NCBI GenBank assembly: GCA_000004695.1
Contig: CM000152.2
Coordinates: 5,504,001 to 5,568,000, forward strand
Origin: Dictyostelium discoideum
Lineage: Eukaryota
Reading direction: 5' to 3'
Length of the DNA: 64,000 nucleotides
The position numbers and the translations under genes were made by a program. Positions 61,585 to 64,000 of the stretch are shown in pieces. How positions within the stretch are numbered: the stretch's first letter is position 1; each line of letters opens with the position of its first letter. The notes under the pieces are model-generated. The model ran no database searches. It worked only from the letters and a program-made list of their open reading frames with translations, and had not been told where the DNA came from.

Positions 61585-64000
61585 ATGGTAAAATTGTTTG
61601 GAAAATCGAAGAAAAAGGAGGAATCTCCTCAATCCATTGATATTGCATTCCAAAGTATTTTGGTAAGTTTTTAAAATAATTTTCTTTTTTTATTTTTATT
61701 AGTTTTATTTAACTTACAAATAACATATTTATTTAAAATTATTATTATTTTTTTTTTATTAGGATGAAATTGGTGTTGTTGAAACAGAAAAAAAACATTT
61801 AATGGCAACAATGTAATATATAATTTTTTTTTTTTTTTTCTATTTTTTTTTTTTTTTTTTTTTTTTTTCTAATATTTTTTATTTTTAATTTTTTTTTTTT
61901 CAATTTTAATTATAACAAATATAGGGATACAGTTAGAAAACAACAATTAATTCAATCATATTCAAGTAAAAAATTTTCAAAGAATGAATTTGGGAATAAA
62001 TCAAAAAAGAAATCAATTATAACTCAATCACCACATTACTTTGTAGATTGTTTAAAAAATGACCCATCTAAAGAAGTATTGACATCATTACGTGTTCGTT
62101 TGGGTAATCAACCACTAAAATGGTTGAAAGAATTTTTATCATTAGATGGTGTATCATTATTAATTAAAGTTTTAATTTTAAATGAAATTAAACAAGTGTA
62201 TGTATTTTTAAATAATTTATTTATTATTAAAAAATTAAAAAATTATTACTATTTATTAATAAATTTATTTGAAAAAAAAAAAAAAAAGTAAAAATCAAGA
62301 AGATATTTATAAAATTGCACAATGTTTACATTCATTAAAATTAATAATGAATACAAAATTTGGATTAGAATCAGTTATAAAACAACCAACTAATATACAT
62401 TCAATTTCATTGGTTATGGATACACCACATTTGAAGACTAGAATCATGGTTATAGAATTATTGGCAGCATTATGTGTTGTAAATTCCAAAGGTTTACCAT
62501 TGGTATTGAGTGCAATGGATAACTATAGAGAAGTAAAGAGAGAGAAGAAACCATTCATTCATCTTTTTCAAGGTTTAAAGAATCCTTCTGGTTCATTACA
62601 AGCTACTACATTTGCATTGATTAATACATTGATTAGTAGTAGTCAAAGTGTTGAAGAGAGACAAAAGATTAGAAATCAATTTAAAAAGTTGGGTATTACA
62701 AAGGTGATTGAGGAATTGGAGCCAGAATATGCAAATAATCCAGATTTGGCAACACAAAAAGATCTATACGAACAGGAATGTAGATGGGATGAACAAGAAC
62801 AAATTGAAAATGCACGTGGTGATATCTCTGATGAAAACCCTGAAGCATTGGTAAAGGCAATCCTTGATAGAACTGCTGGTGGTCCATTGTATTCTTCATT
62901 CACTTCAATCTTAAGATTATTGGCAAATTCAATCACTGATCAAACAAAGGATCAGTCATTGTCAAACTATTTATTCGTAGAGAAGGTCATTGGTAAAATG
63001 AATAATGGTGAATCTTATCTCGATGATATTGGTACATTTTTTGGTGGAGGTGGTGGTGGTGATGGTAGTTTAGATATCGCTCATGTATCTGGAGAGAAAG
63101 CAGTACTCATTCAAAAGGAGATTGAAGATTTAAAGAAACAAAAAAAGAGAGATCAAGATAAATTGGCAGAGAAAGATAAACTCTTAACTAAATTGGCAAA
63201 GAGAATGAGAAAGATGGAAGAGGCAATTAAATTAGGTAAAGGTTTAGAATATTTAAATAATCAAATTGAAATTGAATCACCACCCGATTCATCTACAAGT
63301 ACACCACAAGAAACAACACCTGGTGGCACCAAAGTACCTTTGAAAACTTCACCAGTTACAAAGGCTGATCTTAAACATAAACTTTCAACATTTACAACTG
63401 CTAAAGCTCCAAATGGTGTAAGTGATTTCCTTAGCGGTCTTGATACCACTAATCAACAAGGAAGTACGGATGCATCTCAAACTGAAGCTGGTAGTGGCGA
63501 CGGTATACCTTTACCACCGGGAGCACCTCCCCCACCTCCACCACCAGGTGGTAAATTAGCACCATCAACACCACAACTATGTTCACGTCCACCATCAATT
63601 AAAATGAAATCATATCAATGGACACGTTATCGTACTAGAAACGTTACCAATACATTCTGGAAGAATGTTAATCTCACAAAGTATAATGACTGTTTACCAC
63701 ATGAACAAATTGAAGGTTTATTTGGTGCAGCCATATTTGAAAAGAAAGAAAAGGAATTGAAAAAAGGATCAGAGGTAACTGTTATTGATACAAAGAGAGC
63801 TCAAAACATTGGTATTCTCTTATCAAGATTTAAAAATGTTACTCATGATGCAATCTATGATGCAATCTATAGTTTGGATGAGTCAATATTGGATCTTGAA
63901 ACCATTAATCAATTCATAAAGTATATTCCATCAAAGGAAGAAATTGATTGTATCATTGCATTTAAACAACAACAAGAACAACTACCAGAGGAAGAGAGAA
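61585..64000 (+). CDS. Diaphanous-related formin, 5' portion (GBD/FH3, FH1, start of FH2). The gene continues beyond the window. Exons: join(61585..61662,61763..61812,61925..62197,62289..>64000)
   Basis: Small 5' exons: 'MVKLFGKSKKKEESPQSIDIAFQSIL', then 'DEIGVVETEKKHLMAT', then 'M|RDTVRK...LRVRLGNQPLKWLKEFLSLDGVSLLIKVLILNEIKQ'. Donors are GTAAGT, GTAATA and GTATGT. Phases are consistent with the track ORF at 62079. The long exon 4 carries armadillo-like FH3 sequence, a coiled coil and the FH1 proline run 'IPLPPGAPPPPPPPGG'. It then carries FH2 'MKSYQWTRYRTRNVTNTFWKNV...IEGLFG...' and runs off the window. Confidence 0.8.

Overview
This window reads as Dictyostelium discoideum-type nuclear DNA. 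It is extremely AT-rich, with long homopolymer A/T tracts in intergenic and intron sequence. Coding regions carry poly-N, poly-Q and EK tracts encoded by AAT, CAA and GAAAAA repeats. Introns are short, AT-rich and start with GTAAGT or GTATGT, and stops are almost always TAA. There are no prokaryotic features such as CRISPR arrays or operons. I resolved about 29 protein-coding genes on both strands. Most have one to four small introns, which I placed by hand from the six-frame track and checked for phase against the track's coordinates. The window also holds an inverted, convergent pair of tRNA-Pro(UGG) genes with Dictyostelium-style external B boxes.

Genes recognised by homology:
- DNA polymerase alpha catalytic subunit, 3' end only
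- universal stress protein
- Pam16/Magmas
- an MBOAT DGAT1/ACAT-type acyltransferase
- an FBXO3-like F-box/ApaG protein
- an allantoinase fused in one frame to OHCU decarboxylase
- a Rab-like GTPase
- two tandem vWA-domain paralogs, the downstream copy frame-disrupted
- an F-box/WD40 protein
- a COG0523 (ZNG1/CobW-like) protein with a degenerate P-loop
- a short tandem-AAA ATPase and a second Cdc48-family (AFG2-like) ATPase
- MFAP1
- a 1387-aa low-complexity protein
- a TPR-like, possibly KIFBP-type, protein
- two tandem orphan paralogs carrying a gene-conversion tract, the upstream copy frameshifted
- a PH-PH-FHA protein
- EMC7
- EHD
- RFC5
- an Itc1/ACF1-like WAC-DDT-WSD protein
- carnosine N-methyltransferase
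- Snu13
- the 5' part of a formin

The items I rate highest are the allantoinase::OHCU-decarboxylase fusion, the degenerate paralog pairs (vWA and orphan), the pseudo-GTPase-like COG0523 and Rab-like proteins, the naturally Walker-B E->Q tandem AAA protein, and the inverted tRNA-Pro pair.

Caveats. The ORF track evidently accepts TTG starts, so some of its 'M' residues are not ATG. Exon boundaries are hand-derived. One to two nt of uncertainty remains where my line indexing disagreed with the track, for example near 25800 and 50605.
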